Part shown: positions 1 through 8,630 of the stretch, in pieces | Numbering within the stretch: position 1 is the first letter of the stretch | Layout: every line of letters starts with the position of its first letter | NCBI GenBank assembly: GCA_019057385.1 | Contig: JAHQJS010000006.1 | Span: 384,001 to 448,000 of the forward strand | DNA length: 64,000 bases | Direction of reading: 5' to 3' | Source of the DNA: Candidatus Borrarchaeum weybense | GTDB lineage: Archaea; Asgardarchaeota; Sifarchaeia; Borrarchaeales; Borrarchaeaceae | Translations under genes and position numbers: made by a program | Notes under the pieces: model-generated | Database searches by the model: none | What the model saw: the letters and a program-made list of their open reading frames with translations, nothing else | What the model was told of the DNA's origin: nothing

Positions 1-738
1 CCTATATAAGACTCCTGCTGCTTCTAGCTCAGGAATGACATCTTTGCCCATATCCAATATAAATTGGCATTTCGTAGCGATCATTTTTTCTAGACCGATA
101 GTATATAACAGTTTTTTCGGGTCTTCTTTGAGTTCATCCTCGACATTAACCGTGTGCCTCATGTCAATTTCATTCGTCAGGATGTCCATAACTTCCACTG
201 TCGGATGGTCGTTTTCATTACCTAGTGATTTGATCGAACGTACGCGATGCCGGCGGCCGCGCCTCTGCATGGTAAAGATTTTGTCACTCGTACTTATAAA
301 GTGCAGAAACATGGTCCCATAAAGATCGCCAAGCGCAAGAAGGAGCTTTCTTACCTCGCCTCCCTGTTTTCTGGGTACGACAATATCAATGTCGTGCAGA
401 ACTCTTTCAAATACACCGCCAGCATTACAACTTGGGCAATGGAGTTTAAATGCACCGCCGCCGAAAATAAGGATCTTCACGGGTTTTTTTGATATTCTTT
501 TCTCTATTATGTCAGGAAACTCTTCATGAAGTATATGGGCTTTTTCTGCCGCCTTTAGCATAACCAATGCGCCTTTTATCGGAAGATAATCTAAATCAAC
601 GTAAGAGGGAATACCTAACTCATCCCTTAGAACAGGAAATTCTTCTGGCGTCACCTTTGAAGTCAGAGGTAACTCAACTTCTACTCGATAAATGCCACCT
701 GGTTCCTCATAGAGTACGATTTTTTCATTAGTAGGCAT
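1..738 (-). CDS. Nucleotidyltransferase-superfamily protein, 3' end outside the window (absent from the ORF track)
   Basis: Manual translation from ATG at 738 (AGGTGG upstream): MPTNEKIVLYEEPGG...ILIFGGGAFKLHCP...ERVLHDIDIVV...VMDIL...EKMIATK. The frame is open to base 1 and shows the GG-x-A ... R-x-x-x-DID pattern of pol-beta-type NTases. Confidence 0.65.
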   Translation of the reverse strand, partial: MPTNEKIVLYEEPGGIYRVEVELPLTSKVTPEEFPVLRDELGIPSYVDLDYLPIKGALVMLKAAEKAHILHEEFPDIIEKRISKKPVKILIFGGGAFKLHCPSCNAGGVFERVLHDIDIVVPRKQGGEVRKLLLALGDLYGTMFLHFISTSDKIFTMQRRGRRHRVRSIKSLGNENDHPTVEVMDILTNEIDMRHTVNVEDELKEDPKKLLYTIGLEKMIATKCQFILDMGKDVIPELEAAGVLYR

Positions 739-924
739 TTCTATCCACCTAATAGCAGTCTCTTCAATGAAATTTGACATTGATGCGTTCAGGATGAGAA
801 TGTAAACGTTTCTAATGTATTATAAAACCATTAAGTAGAACCCGATTATTATTAAATTTTCAGATATTAAAGTGTGCTTATAGTAATAACGTGTTTACTA
901 GAACCTCACGGAATATCAACAGCG

Positions 925-1134
925 TTACCGCGTGAGAAACACAAACACAACTACGACTATTAATGCACCAATAATTGCGAGCAGTTGATACTGCTGACGC
1001 CTTTTAAACTTGTTATAGTCTATTTCACACTCTGGTGAGCAATATTCTCGCCCAAACGGGACAGAAACACCACAGTTTTTACAATGTGTATGTTTTAAGA
1101 GCCCTTCTGGTTTTTTAATACGTTTTGTACTCAT
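925..1134 (-). CDS. DUF2116-family Zn-ribbon protein with C-terminal TM helix
   Basis: HTHCKNCG...YCSPEC followed by a hydrophobic C-terminus. Confidence 0.8.
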   Translation of the reverse strand: MSTKRIKKPEGLLKHTHCKNCGVSVPFGREYCSPECEIDYNKFKRRQQYQLLAIIGALIVVVVFVFLTR

Positions 1135-1264
1135 CGTTCATCGGTCCTTCCAATTTTTCGCTCATCCACATGTATCACACGTTCTATATAAATTGTAAGT
1201 GATGAAGTCTGAACTTATTTATAATTATTAAAATGAGTATAATGACATTTTTCGTTATCGAAAC

Positions 1265-1717
1265 TTAGTAGGTTATTTTCAATTTGATATCAAATAGGTT
1301 TTCGTTATACCACTGAAAAGCCTTCATGTTCATTTTCTCCTGCTCTCGGTTGAGAGATTGAATTATTATCCACACATTTTGATGTAACTTCATGTATTCA
1401 AGATCCCATGGTGATGGATTCGGTTGTGCAGGATGTGAATGAAAGATTCCTAAGAATTCAAGTCCTGACTCTTCGGCGGATATAAGAATGGCATAAAACA
1501 ACTCAGGATCGATGTAAAATCTCACAGTAGGATTTTCAGCACTATTTTCGGTTTCAACAACGTCCCGAATTACCGCTTTGTTATTTTCGATATGTCCAAA
1601 TAAAACTCCGCATCCTTCCAGCGGATAGCTTTTTCTTGCTACTTCTAGCATTTTGCAGTGTAAGCTCTTTGTTAATACGACCTCTTCGAAAAGGGGCACG
1701 AACATCGCCAATATCAT
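1265..1717 (-). CDS. JAB/MPN+ (JAMM) metalloisopeptidase, desampylase-like
   Basis: E-G-C-G..., HSHP-x4-PS-x2-D motif. Confidence 0.9.
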   Translation of the reverse strand: MILAMFVPLFEEVVLTKSLHCKMLEVARKSYPLEGCGVLFGHIENNKAVIRDVVETENSAENPTVRFYIDPELFYAILISAEESGLEFLGIFHSHPAQPNPSPWDLEYMKLHQNVWIIIQSLNREQEKMNMKAFQWYNENLFDIKLKITY

Positions 1718-1835
1718 TCTTAGGTTATTCAGATAGTTCTTTTTGAAATCTCTTAATAAATCTCAACGGATAATAAAAATAACATTTAGGAATGATGGTG
1801 TAAGTAACCAAACTCAGATTATGTAGCGTCTTAAA

Positions 1836-2009
1836 CTATTCTTGCTGTTTCTCTTTAACCCACTGTTTTAGCGTGATTTCTGCTGAACCACATTTCGGGC
1901 ATGTAGGATGTAATTTGAATAGTCCATCTTCATCTTCAAATTGTTTATACTCCGCCTCTTGAAAGTGGTGGTCGCACTTGGTACAAATGTACTCGTCAGG
2001 TCTATCCAT
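1836..2009 (-). CDS. Small Zn-ribbon protein
   Basis: CTKCDHHF...CPKCGS; ATG at 2009 preceded by GAGGTT (track start 2042). Confidence 0.7.
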   Translation of the reverse strand: MDRPDEYICTKCDHHFQEAEYKQFEDEDGLFKLHPTCPKCGSAEITLKQWVKEKQQE

Positions 2010-2190
2010 CAACCTCTTCTCCACTAATTTTACTACTAACAATTTGTGCTTCTTCCATAAAAAGCTTATGGCATAAAAGCGATGGTTTTTTAAAAACTGA
2101 CTGTAATGGTTTGATCGATAGTTGTTTCAAATTTTCAACCTATAACATTTTTATTGATTATAAGTGAAAGTTGTTGAGTGGTGGACGTAG

Positions 2191-2655
2191 TTGTATACAT
2201 TATGGCAAAACAAGATGAATAGGACCATGATACTCGGTCTAATTGTTGCTGGCATTTGCATTGGGGTAACTTTCTGGATCTGGGGTGATCCAGGAAGATT
2301 TAGGTTAATTTCTGACATCAGAACTGAACCGCTTAGTATAGGTGAGGATTTCACTTACAGAATATCGCTGATAACCTTTGTACGCGTGCTTTTGCTCATT
2401 TTCTTCTATGTTGGTTTCGTCCTAGCTTTGGCAACATATCGTGAAGGGGCTGGAGATCTTCCAGGATGGTATGAAGTACTCCTCCCAGCTGTGTTTACTG
2501 CTATCATAACATATTTCATCTGGGATTACCCAAGAACAGCACCTGAGGAAATTGTGCAGTGGTTGTATGCTTGGCATCTTTATTATGTCCTGATTGGTAT
2601 TTTCCTGTTTATTCTCTATGTGCATTATTCAACATATGAATATGAAAAAACGTGA
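2191..2655 (+). CDS. Hypothetical 4-TM membrane protein
   Basis: Four hydrophobic segments, no recognised motif. Confidence 0.6.
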   Translation: MYTLWQNKMNRTMILGLIVAGICIGVTFWIWGDPGRFRLISDIRTEPLSIGEDFTYRISLITFVRVLLLIFFYVGFVLALATYREGAGDLPGWYEVLLPAVFTAIITYFIWDYPRTAPEEIVQWLYAWHLYYVLIGIFLFILYVHYSTYEYEKT

Positions 2656-2723
2656 ATTTCAGGGTGCATACTCTATTTTTCTACTTTTTCGCTGTTTTTT
2701 GTTTTCAGGTCGTGTAGAACTCC

Positions 2724-3797
2724 ATGAATCGGGAATTTGGAATCGTTTACAATTCTAAGTATTCAAATGTTAAAAATCCACCTAATCATCCTCTTCAAGG
2801 AAGTCGTTACTTAAAAAGTATAGAATTTTTTGAAGAGATTGGACTTCTTAGTATGCCAAACATTAAATTGATTGACCCGGAACCTGCAACTACTGATGAA
2901 ATCTTACTCGCGCATACAAAAGATCATTTGGAGTTAGTTAAGAGACTTAGTGAAATTGGAAAGGGCCAATTTGATCACGATACTCCAGCTTATAAAGGAA
3001 TTTACGAAGTTGCACTTTTAACAACTGGAGGGTCGCTTACAGCGATGCGTTCCATATTAAGAGGAGATGTAGAATGTGCAATGAATCTTTCGGGAGGATT
3101 TCATCATGCAAAACCAGATCAAGCGCGAGGATATTGCATATTTAACGACGTCAATATCTTAGGGACGATTTTATTAAATTCTGGGATTCAGCGAGTGTTA
3201 TATGTTGAAATTGATGCCCATTTTGGTGATGGAACATACCATTTTTATAAAGAGAGCCCCAAATTCTTTACACTTTCATTTCACGAAAGCGGCGAATCTT
3301 TATATCCCTATTATGATGATCATCTTTTCGGTGAAGGCGAAGGATATGGTTATCATGTGAACGTTCCACTTCCGATTTGGACTGATGATAATGCGTTTCT
3401 TTATGCATTTCGGTCGATATTCTTACCTGTTGTTTCTTCGTTCAAGCCCGAATTTATTATATTCCAAAGCGGAGTTGATGGACACTGTCGTGATTGGCAG
3501 TCTCACCTTTTGTTGACTAAGAGAGTCTATCAAGAAGTGGCTCGTTTTATAAGAAACGTTATGGATAGTAACAAAACGAAATTGATAGTTCTTGGTGGTG
3601 GAGGTTATGATCCTATGGCTGCAGCTTTGTGTTGGGCATCCATGATAAATGAATTAGCCGATTTGCAGTTAAATCTTACTGGATATGATGATGAATGTGA
3701 AAAGGAGCCTTATGAGAACGTTAATACGATGGAGAAAATAGAACAAATTGTAGATGGACTATCTCCTTTTTTAAGTCCAGAAAAACCCTCTAGATGA
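2724..3797 (+). CDS. Histone deacetylase/AcuC-family Zn deacylase
   Basis: HP, GGFHHA, GYCIFND, EIDAHFGDG, SFHE, QSGVDGH and GGGGY motifs. Confidence 0.95.
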   Translation: MNREFGIVYNSKYSNVKNPPNHPLQGSRYLKSIEFFEEIGLLSMPNIKLIDPEPATTDEILLAHTKDHLELVKRLSEIGKGQFDHDTPAYKGIYEVALLTTGGSLTAMRSILRGDVECAMNLSGGFHHAKPDQARGYCIFNDVNILGTILLNSGIQRVLYVEIDAHFGDGTYHFYKESPKFFTLSFHESGESLYPYYDDHLFGEGEGYGYHVNVPLPIWTDDNAFLYAFRSIFLPVVSSFKPEFIIFQSGVDGHCRDWQSHLLLTKRVYQEVARFIRNVMDSNKTKLIVLGGGGYDPMAAALCWASMINELADLQLNLTGYDDECEKEPYENVNTMEKIEQIVDGLSPFLSPEKPSR

Positions 3798-4160
3798 ACT
3801 CGTAAGTTATTTCTTCCTATCAATTTCCTGATTCTTAAGAAAAAAGGAATAACAAGAAGTAAATATGTATGTTAAAAATGTAGTATTAGTTTAAAGAAAG
3901 AGGCGGTGCGGTTGAATGAAAGAAGAGAGTGCAAATAAATACGAAGAACTTATACAAATGTTAAGAGAGAGTCCTTTAGGATATGCCTGGTCTTTCTTTT
4001 GTTTTATTTGATATCAGCGAGAAGACCCCTTCCGAGAGGGAAGGGATGAATCGCTGACCGCGTTTCTTCCTCTTTCTCACACCTCCGATAAGACATCATC
4101 TATAACTAAGTAAGTGAGCGCGTACGGGGAGCGTGGGAACACCATATGTTTGTTAGTTAT

Positions 4161-5384
4161 TTAGTATGGGCAGTTGAACTGCAAGCCGCTGCCATACCTC
4201 ACCAATTTCACGTGTTTGACCTGGGTATTAACGGTAGCGCCGGTTGGGGTTTTCAAGCGCACCCAGCGCCCCCGGTTGAATATCCCCTTGACCTGGCACC
4301 GCTGTCCCTCATAGGAGATCAGGTCATGAGGCTGTAAGGCGTACCGTTGTGTTCGGATGCTGCGTCCATATCCTTTTCTATTCATTTGGATACTTCGATT
4401 GTTGCGCCGGGGTTGCATCACCATAAAGGGTCGACACCTGGTTTGCTGGCGGCCTCCGGCGATGATAAAGGCGTCATTGGGGTGTGATTTGGCTAACCCC
4501 ACCTCAAGCCGTCGTTGCTTGGTGAGGTAGCCGTAAGTGTGGTTACATTCCAACTGGTCAACCAGTTGCCATCGGACCAAATTCATGAAGGCCGCACTTT
4601 TCAGTGATGCCTTCGCCTGCCGGTGGATTTCAGGGTGTCCGAACTCGGTAGCGGTCCGATCGCCTTTGTGTTGATTGCAGCGCTCACAACTCAGGGTGAG
4701 GTTCAAGACCCGATCACTGCCACCCCGTGACCTGGGGATGATATGTTCCACCTGAAGCGGCACTCCAGTCTTGCCGCAATAGACGCACTTTCGTCCCCAT
4801 TTTTCCAAGAGATACTCTCGTATATGATAGCCTTGCAAGGTTCCCTGTTGATATTCGACCCCTGAGATTTCCGGGTTTTGTAGCAACTGGGTATCAAAGG
4901 TAGCCACCTCCAGTTCGGTACGGCTGACGGGTACCAGGGTCTTAATCGTGTCAATCAGGGTGATATGCGCTTGCTTCTTATGGCGGAGAGAGGGAGCTAA
5001 CCAACCCTGCTCCCGTTTCCGGTTGTCAAACCTCGGCGCCCGATATCGGGTATTGCGGCTGCGCCGGTTTCTTCGATAATTTCTCCTCTGCTCCAATTTC
5101 TTAGACATGTCGTTTCGTAAAACCAACTCGCCCGTCAGCAGTTCCTCTTTTTCTGCAACGGCGGAAAACCCCACCTTTGAATAGCCGCTATCCACCCCCA
5201 GCGTCACCTGGGTAGTATAGCCCATTTCTCGGTCTCGCAAGCGAATACTGAACGGCAATCGCGCTACCACTTTCGCCCCACCTTTTTTTACCAGGAGTCT
5301 ACCTCTGGCTGGAGTGGTGGGATCTAAGGGGTTCCCTTGTGCAGATTGAACGTAGACTTTAATCAGCAACGTTAAGGTCTCCAA
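4161..5384 (-). CDS. iscB: IscB RNA-guided endonuclease (PLMP, split RuvC, bridge helix, HNH); start may be TTG at 5369
   Basis: PLDPT (PLMP-like); RuvC-I LGVDSG; Arg-rich RRNYRRNRRSRNTRYR; RuvC-II ELEVATFD; HNH CVYC..VEHIIPRSRGGSD..NLTLSCERCN; RuvC-III KSHPNDA. Confidence 0.95.
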   Translation of the reverse strand: METLTLLIKVYVQSAQGNPLDPTTPARGRLLVKKGGAKVVARLPFSIRLRDREMGYTTQVTLGVDSGYSKVGFSAVAEKEELLTGELVLRNDMSKKLEQRRNYRRNRRSRNTRYRAPRFDNRKREQGWLAPSLRHKKQAHITLIDTIKTLVPVSRTELEVATFDTQLLQNPEISGVEYQQGTLQGYHIREYLLEKWGRKCVYCGKTGVPLQVEHIIPRSRGGSDRVLNLTLSCERCNQHKGDRTATEFGHPEIHRQAKASLKSAAFMNLVRWQLVDQLECNHTYGYLTKQRRLEVGLAKSHPNDAFIIAGGRQQTRCRPFMVMQPRRNNRSIQMNRKGYGRSIRTQRYALQPHDLISYEGQRCQVKGIFNRGRWVRLKTPTGATVNTQVKHVKLVRYGSGLQFNCPY

Positions 5385-5399
5385 AACTAACTATCTTTA

Positions 5400-5682
5400 A
5401 CGACCTGTAAAGGTCAGCTCCGCAACCGCGGGTAGGTCCTCATCGCCAATGTTGGGGCAGGCACAAAACATGATGATGGTGCAGGTCTCAGGATAGCGAC
5501 CTGGGTCGTCCACCATGTCTTTCAGAGCCCGGAACTTGAGGAGCATTCCGGGGTGATTTTCAGACACTCAGCACCGAACGTAGTTCATCTGCCTCCACCC
5601 TACAGGAGACATCACTCAGGCTAATCTCCACCCCTCTACAGGGACTCTTTCAAGCCTCTTCCGACAGGGAGGGGTAGTTGAC
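5400..5682 (-). ncRNA. omegaRNA (HEARO-type) scaffold of IscB; guide predicted from 5683-~5700
   Basis: Begins GTCAACTACCCC directly upstream of iscB; contains CTACGTT, CACCCCGGAATGCTCCTCAAGTTCCGGG, CATTGGCGATGAGG and a terminal hairpin GACCT-TTAC-AGGTC. Confidence 0.85.
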
Positions 5683-5962
5683 TTTCATGCTTCTCGATTA
5701 TCGACTGCAATCGGAGTATGCACCTTGTCTGCAAGTGTGCGTATGATCTCTCCGAATGCGGCGGATAACATAGTCTGAGCTGTGATGCTACCAAGAGCCG
5801 TAGTTTTGTATCGATCCCTGCTTGCCTTCCTCCCGATAGTCATCACCGTATGAGAGATACACCACTATTTAAGTATTAAGGAGACCCCCTGATGAAAGTG
5901 AACGCACACTACCGCAATTCATCACCACGCTGAAGTGGTGGTGCTTTCTTGCGTAGTTGTCC
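5683..5962 (-). mobile_element. Truncated IS605/TnpB-type element (left end plus degenerate tnpB-like fragment) abutting the IscB element
   Basis: Minus strand reads TTAC|ggacaactacgcaag-AAAG-hairpin-gatgaattgcg, then a TATA-like TTAAATA and GTGATG ACTATCGGGAGGAAGGCA (shared with 51829-51852). Translation ...AFGEIIRTLADKVHTPIAVD resembles the TnpB segment before the Zn finger. Confidence 0.6.
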
Positions 5963-6175
5963 GTAAAAGCAAATATATTGCAATTATTTTTGTAGTCCTT
6001 TCCTTTATTCTCGTCATTTCCATAATTTATTCAATTTATCTTGGAATGAAACTTTTTGGGATAGTCCAAATATTAGAAAATATGACCACCTAATACGATT
6101 AAAAAATAAACAGACTTGTAGGCGAATATTTCTTCTCTTACTGAGCGTTTGAAAATATGGAGACTGATAGCGTCA

Positions 6176-6562
6176 CTATTTCAGGTCCTCAGAAAGCGTT
6201 TTAGCATCTTTTCCTCGCCTCTTAACCATTATAGACGAGTCCTGCCCTGTATAACGACGTTCCACGGCTTTTATATCTACTAGAGTTAATTTTTCTTCGA
6301 TTACGTGATTTACGTACATTACCATGATAGTCTCTTCAATCTTTATCGCTAAAGATTCATTTTGTTGTCTAATCTTACCTAAGTATACTAAGGCATCAGG
6401 CATTAGTAGTTGCTGTATCAACTGTTTTTTTCGCATTTCAAGGTCTTTCTTTTTCATTTCTGCGCTTTTTTCCATTTCTTTTTCTTTCTGTTTTTTTTCC
6501 ATTGCTTTCAGTAACTCTGCTCTTTTTTTTGCTCTGATTTTCTCAAGTTCTGAGTCATCCAT
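6176..6562 (-). CDS. PDCD5/TFAR19-like dsDNA-binding protein
   Basis: DSELEKIRAKKRAEL N-terminus, QLLMPDALVYLGKIR, C-terminal IMVKRR; AGGTGA upstream of ATG at 6562. Confidence 0.75.
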   Translation of the reverse strand: MDDSELEKIRAKKRAELLKAMEKKQKEKEMEKSAEMKKKDLEMRKKQLIQQLLMPDALVYLGKIRQQNESLAIKIEETIMVMYVNHVIEEKLTLVDIKAVERRYTGQDSSIMVKRRGKDAKTLSEDLK

Positions 6563-6777
6563 GAGACTCACCTAACGCCACAGCGTTTCTTATATTATAT
6601 TTCCTTCTTTTTCTTTCTAGAGTTCGCTATGAAACTGCAAAGACAATTAGTACGTTTTTTCCGACTTTTTATAAAATAGAGAACTTAAAAATCTTATGGC
6701 TTGAAGTTAATAATCCTAAATCATCAAAATATGTTTCTCATATAACTAGTAATTCTCCAAAGTATTTTTTCCTGCTT

Positions 6778-7305
6778 TCAAGTTAAAAAACGCTCAAAAA
6801 GTATTTCATCAATGTATTCATCTGCAATCTTAAACTGCTTCTTTCTTCTTCCCGCTTCCCGAAAACCAAATTTTTTATAAAGAGCGATGGCAATTCGGTT
6901 TGTGTGAAACGTACTAAGACATATTTTTTCAAATCCTAGATGTTTTGCATTCTCTATCGTTTTCTTAAGCAATTCGCTACCTACACCTTTTCCTCTGTAA
7001 TCAGGGTCTACTATAATTCCAATTTCACACACATGCTGAGCAGCATCGTCTTCTAAACGTTCCAATTGAATTTGTCCTACTAACTCACCTTGAATTTCTG
7101 CTACTATAATTAAATCATAATTTCCAAGATCAAACCATCCATTCGTGACTTCTTCAATTGTTATTTCCTGCAGCGTAGGTAAAAACTGCTTTTCTTTAAC
7201 AACCTTGTTAAACATCTTTTTTAGACTAATAATGTCTTCTTTGGTTGAAAATCGCACTTTAATATCATTTGTTTTGTATTTTGATGATTCTTTTTTATCG
7301 GACAT
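6778..7305 (-). CDS. GNAT N-acetyltransferase
   Basis: VDPDYRGKGVG motif A; N..AIALYKKFGF. Confidence 0.9.
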   Translation of the reverse strand: MSDKKESSKYKTNDIKVRFSTKEDIISLKKMFNKVVKEKQFLPTLQEITIEEVTNGWFDLGNYDLIIVAEIQGELVGQIQLERLEDDAAQHVCEIGIIVDPDYRGKGVGSELLKKTIENAKHLGFEKICLSTFHTNRIAIALYKKFGFREAGRRKKQFKIADEYIDEILFERFLT

Positions 7306-7399
7306 TTGACATCCATCTACGAAACATCATCGGATTCGGAAACCAATGTTTTTCTGAAAAGTTTAGTTTATTGAATCTTCTCGCTGCCTTTAACTTTAT

Positions 7400-7437
7400 C
7401 GGAGGGAAATCCCATCAGTCAAGGTGGGGTAGTTCAT
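7400..7437 (+). mobile_element. Isolated IS200/IS605 right-end remnant
   Basis: GAAA-tcccatcagtcaaggtgggg-tagtTCAT, same layout as the right ends at 5682 and 52139. Confidence 0.6.
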
Positions 7438-7648
7438 GTATGCTTTTTTCATAACTCAAGAGAAAAACGCTTCTAGTGTACTAATGCTTTATCTAAGAGC
7501 GAATAATTCTTAATTACTGCTAGACAATAGTTATTTAAGAGGGATTGCTCTTTTAAAATAATGGCATTTAGTACATCACCAAATCATTAGAATGGTTAAA
7601 TACACGCCCCAAAGAGAGTGTCTGATCTAACGTTAGAGGAATAATGTG

Positions 7649-7932
7649 GTCAACTACCCCTCCCTGTCGGAAGGGGCTTGAAAAAGTTCCTATAGAGGGG
7701 TAGGAGATTAGCCTGAGTGATGTCTCCTCCAAGGTGGAGGCAGATGAAATACGTTCGGGGCTGAGTGTTTGAAAATCACCCCGGAATGCTCCTCAAGTTC
7801 CGGGCTCTGAAAGACATGGTGGACGACCCAGGTCGCTATCCTGAGACCTGCACCATCATCATGTCCGGTGCCTGCCCCAACATTGGCGATGAGGACCTAC
7901 CCGCGGATGCGGAGCTGACCTTTACAGGTCGT
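7649..7932 (+). ncRNA. Stand-alone omegaRNA, near-identical to 5400-5682; guide predicted from ~7630-7648
   Basis: Colinear with the reverse complement of 5400-5682, roughly 15-20 differences in ~285 nt by eye. Confidence 0.85.
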
Positions 7933-8062
7933 AAAACATAGTTTCGGGCACATATTCCTGTGCTCGCAGAAAGGGTATGTGTTCATCCACCTTACACATT
8001 ACAAAAAACTATACCACAATTCATCTCCAGCCTGACGGATGTAGTCTTCTTGCGGAGGTTAG
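7649..8062. mobile_element. Non-autonomous IscB-family element: omegaRNA plus transposon ends, no ORF
   Basis: Right end (reverse complement) at 7649. Minus-strand left end TTAT|ctaacctccgcaag-AAGA-hairpin-gatgaattg ends at 8062, followed by ATAAA. Confidence 0.85.
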
Positions 8063-8068
8063 ATAAAA

Positions 8069-8446
8069 ATGGGAGAAACTTCAACATCAAAAATCGACAC
8101 AATTACACAACTTCTTAAAAAGATGGAACTATCTTCAGGGTTGACAGCTAGCGCTGTGATCAGTAGAGAGGGTTTACCTATAACCTCAGCTATGCCATCA
8201 GATGTCAATGAAGAGATAATTGGGGCTATGACCGCTGCCATGCTTTCGCTTGGCGAACGTGCTGTTGATGAGTTAACACGAGGTAATTTAGAACAACTTT
8301 TCGTCAAAGGAAATGAAGGATACTTAGTAATAATGGCCGCAGGTCCAAGTGCAGTCTTGGTTGCACTAGCACCTGATGGAGCCCTATTAGGTCTAATCTT
8401 CCTTGATATGAAACGAACTGCTCAGCAGGTCTCTGAGCTTTTATGA
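8069..8446 (+). CDS. Roadblock/LC7 (MglB-like) protein
   Basis: SAVISREGLPITSAMP...IGAMTAAMLSLGERAVDEL..G.LEQLFVKG.EGY. Confidence 0.95.
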   Translation: MGETSTSKIDTITQLLKKMELSSGLTASAVISREGLPITSAMPSDVNEEIIGAMTAAMLSLGERAVDELTRGNLEQLFVKGNEGYLVIMAAGPSAVLVALAPDGALLGLIFLDMKRTAQQVSELL

Positions 8447-8630
8447 AAGCAAAAAAGTTACACAAAGCTTGTAATTATACCTATATTCTATCAAGTTGTT
8501 CAAATGACGACAAATTATATCATTCAAAAAATTCTTTTTATCAACTTAAAAAATGATATAAAGTATTTTGTCTAAAAATATAATATCGAATAAATTGAGA
8601 TCTACCATTTGATTTATTTGGAGGATTACT

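Larger units (their letters stand above)
4008..5682. mobile_element. IS200/IS605-superfamily IscB (OMEGA) element without tnpA
   Basis: Left end follows TTTAT (4003-4007), with guide tetramer AAGA and hairpin at 4022-4056. Right-end hairpin CAAG-cctcttccgacagggagggg-tagtTGAC ends at 5682. Visibly GC-richer than the host. Confidence 0.85.

Noticed and set aside
4008-4012. TTGAT (ISDra2-like) as the IscB element target
   Set aside because: Guide tetramer AAGA, the 14-nt spacing and the second copy all point to TTAT
4161-5384. Cas9-like nuclease or CRISPR locus
   Set aside because: Size, PLMP-like N-terminus, omegaRNA and IS ends indicate IscB; no repeat-spacer array was seen in the window
2724-7305. 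HDAC and GNAT as a histone acetylation pair
   Set aside because: Both families are ubiquitous with many non-histone substrates, and the genes are not in one operon
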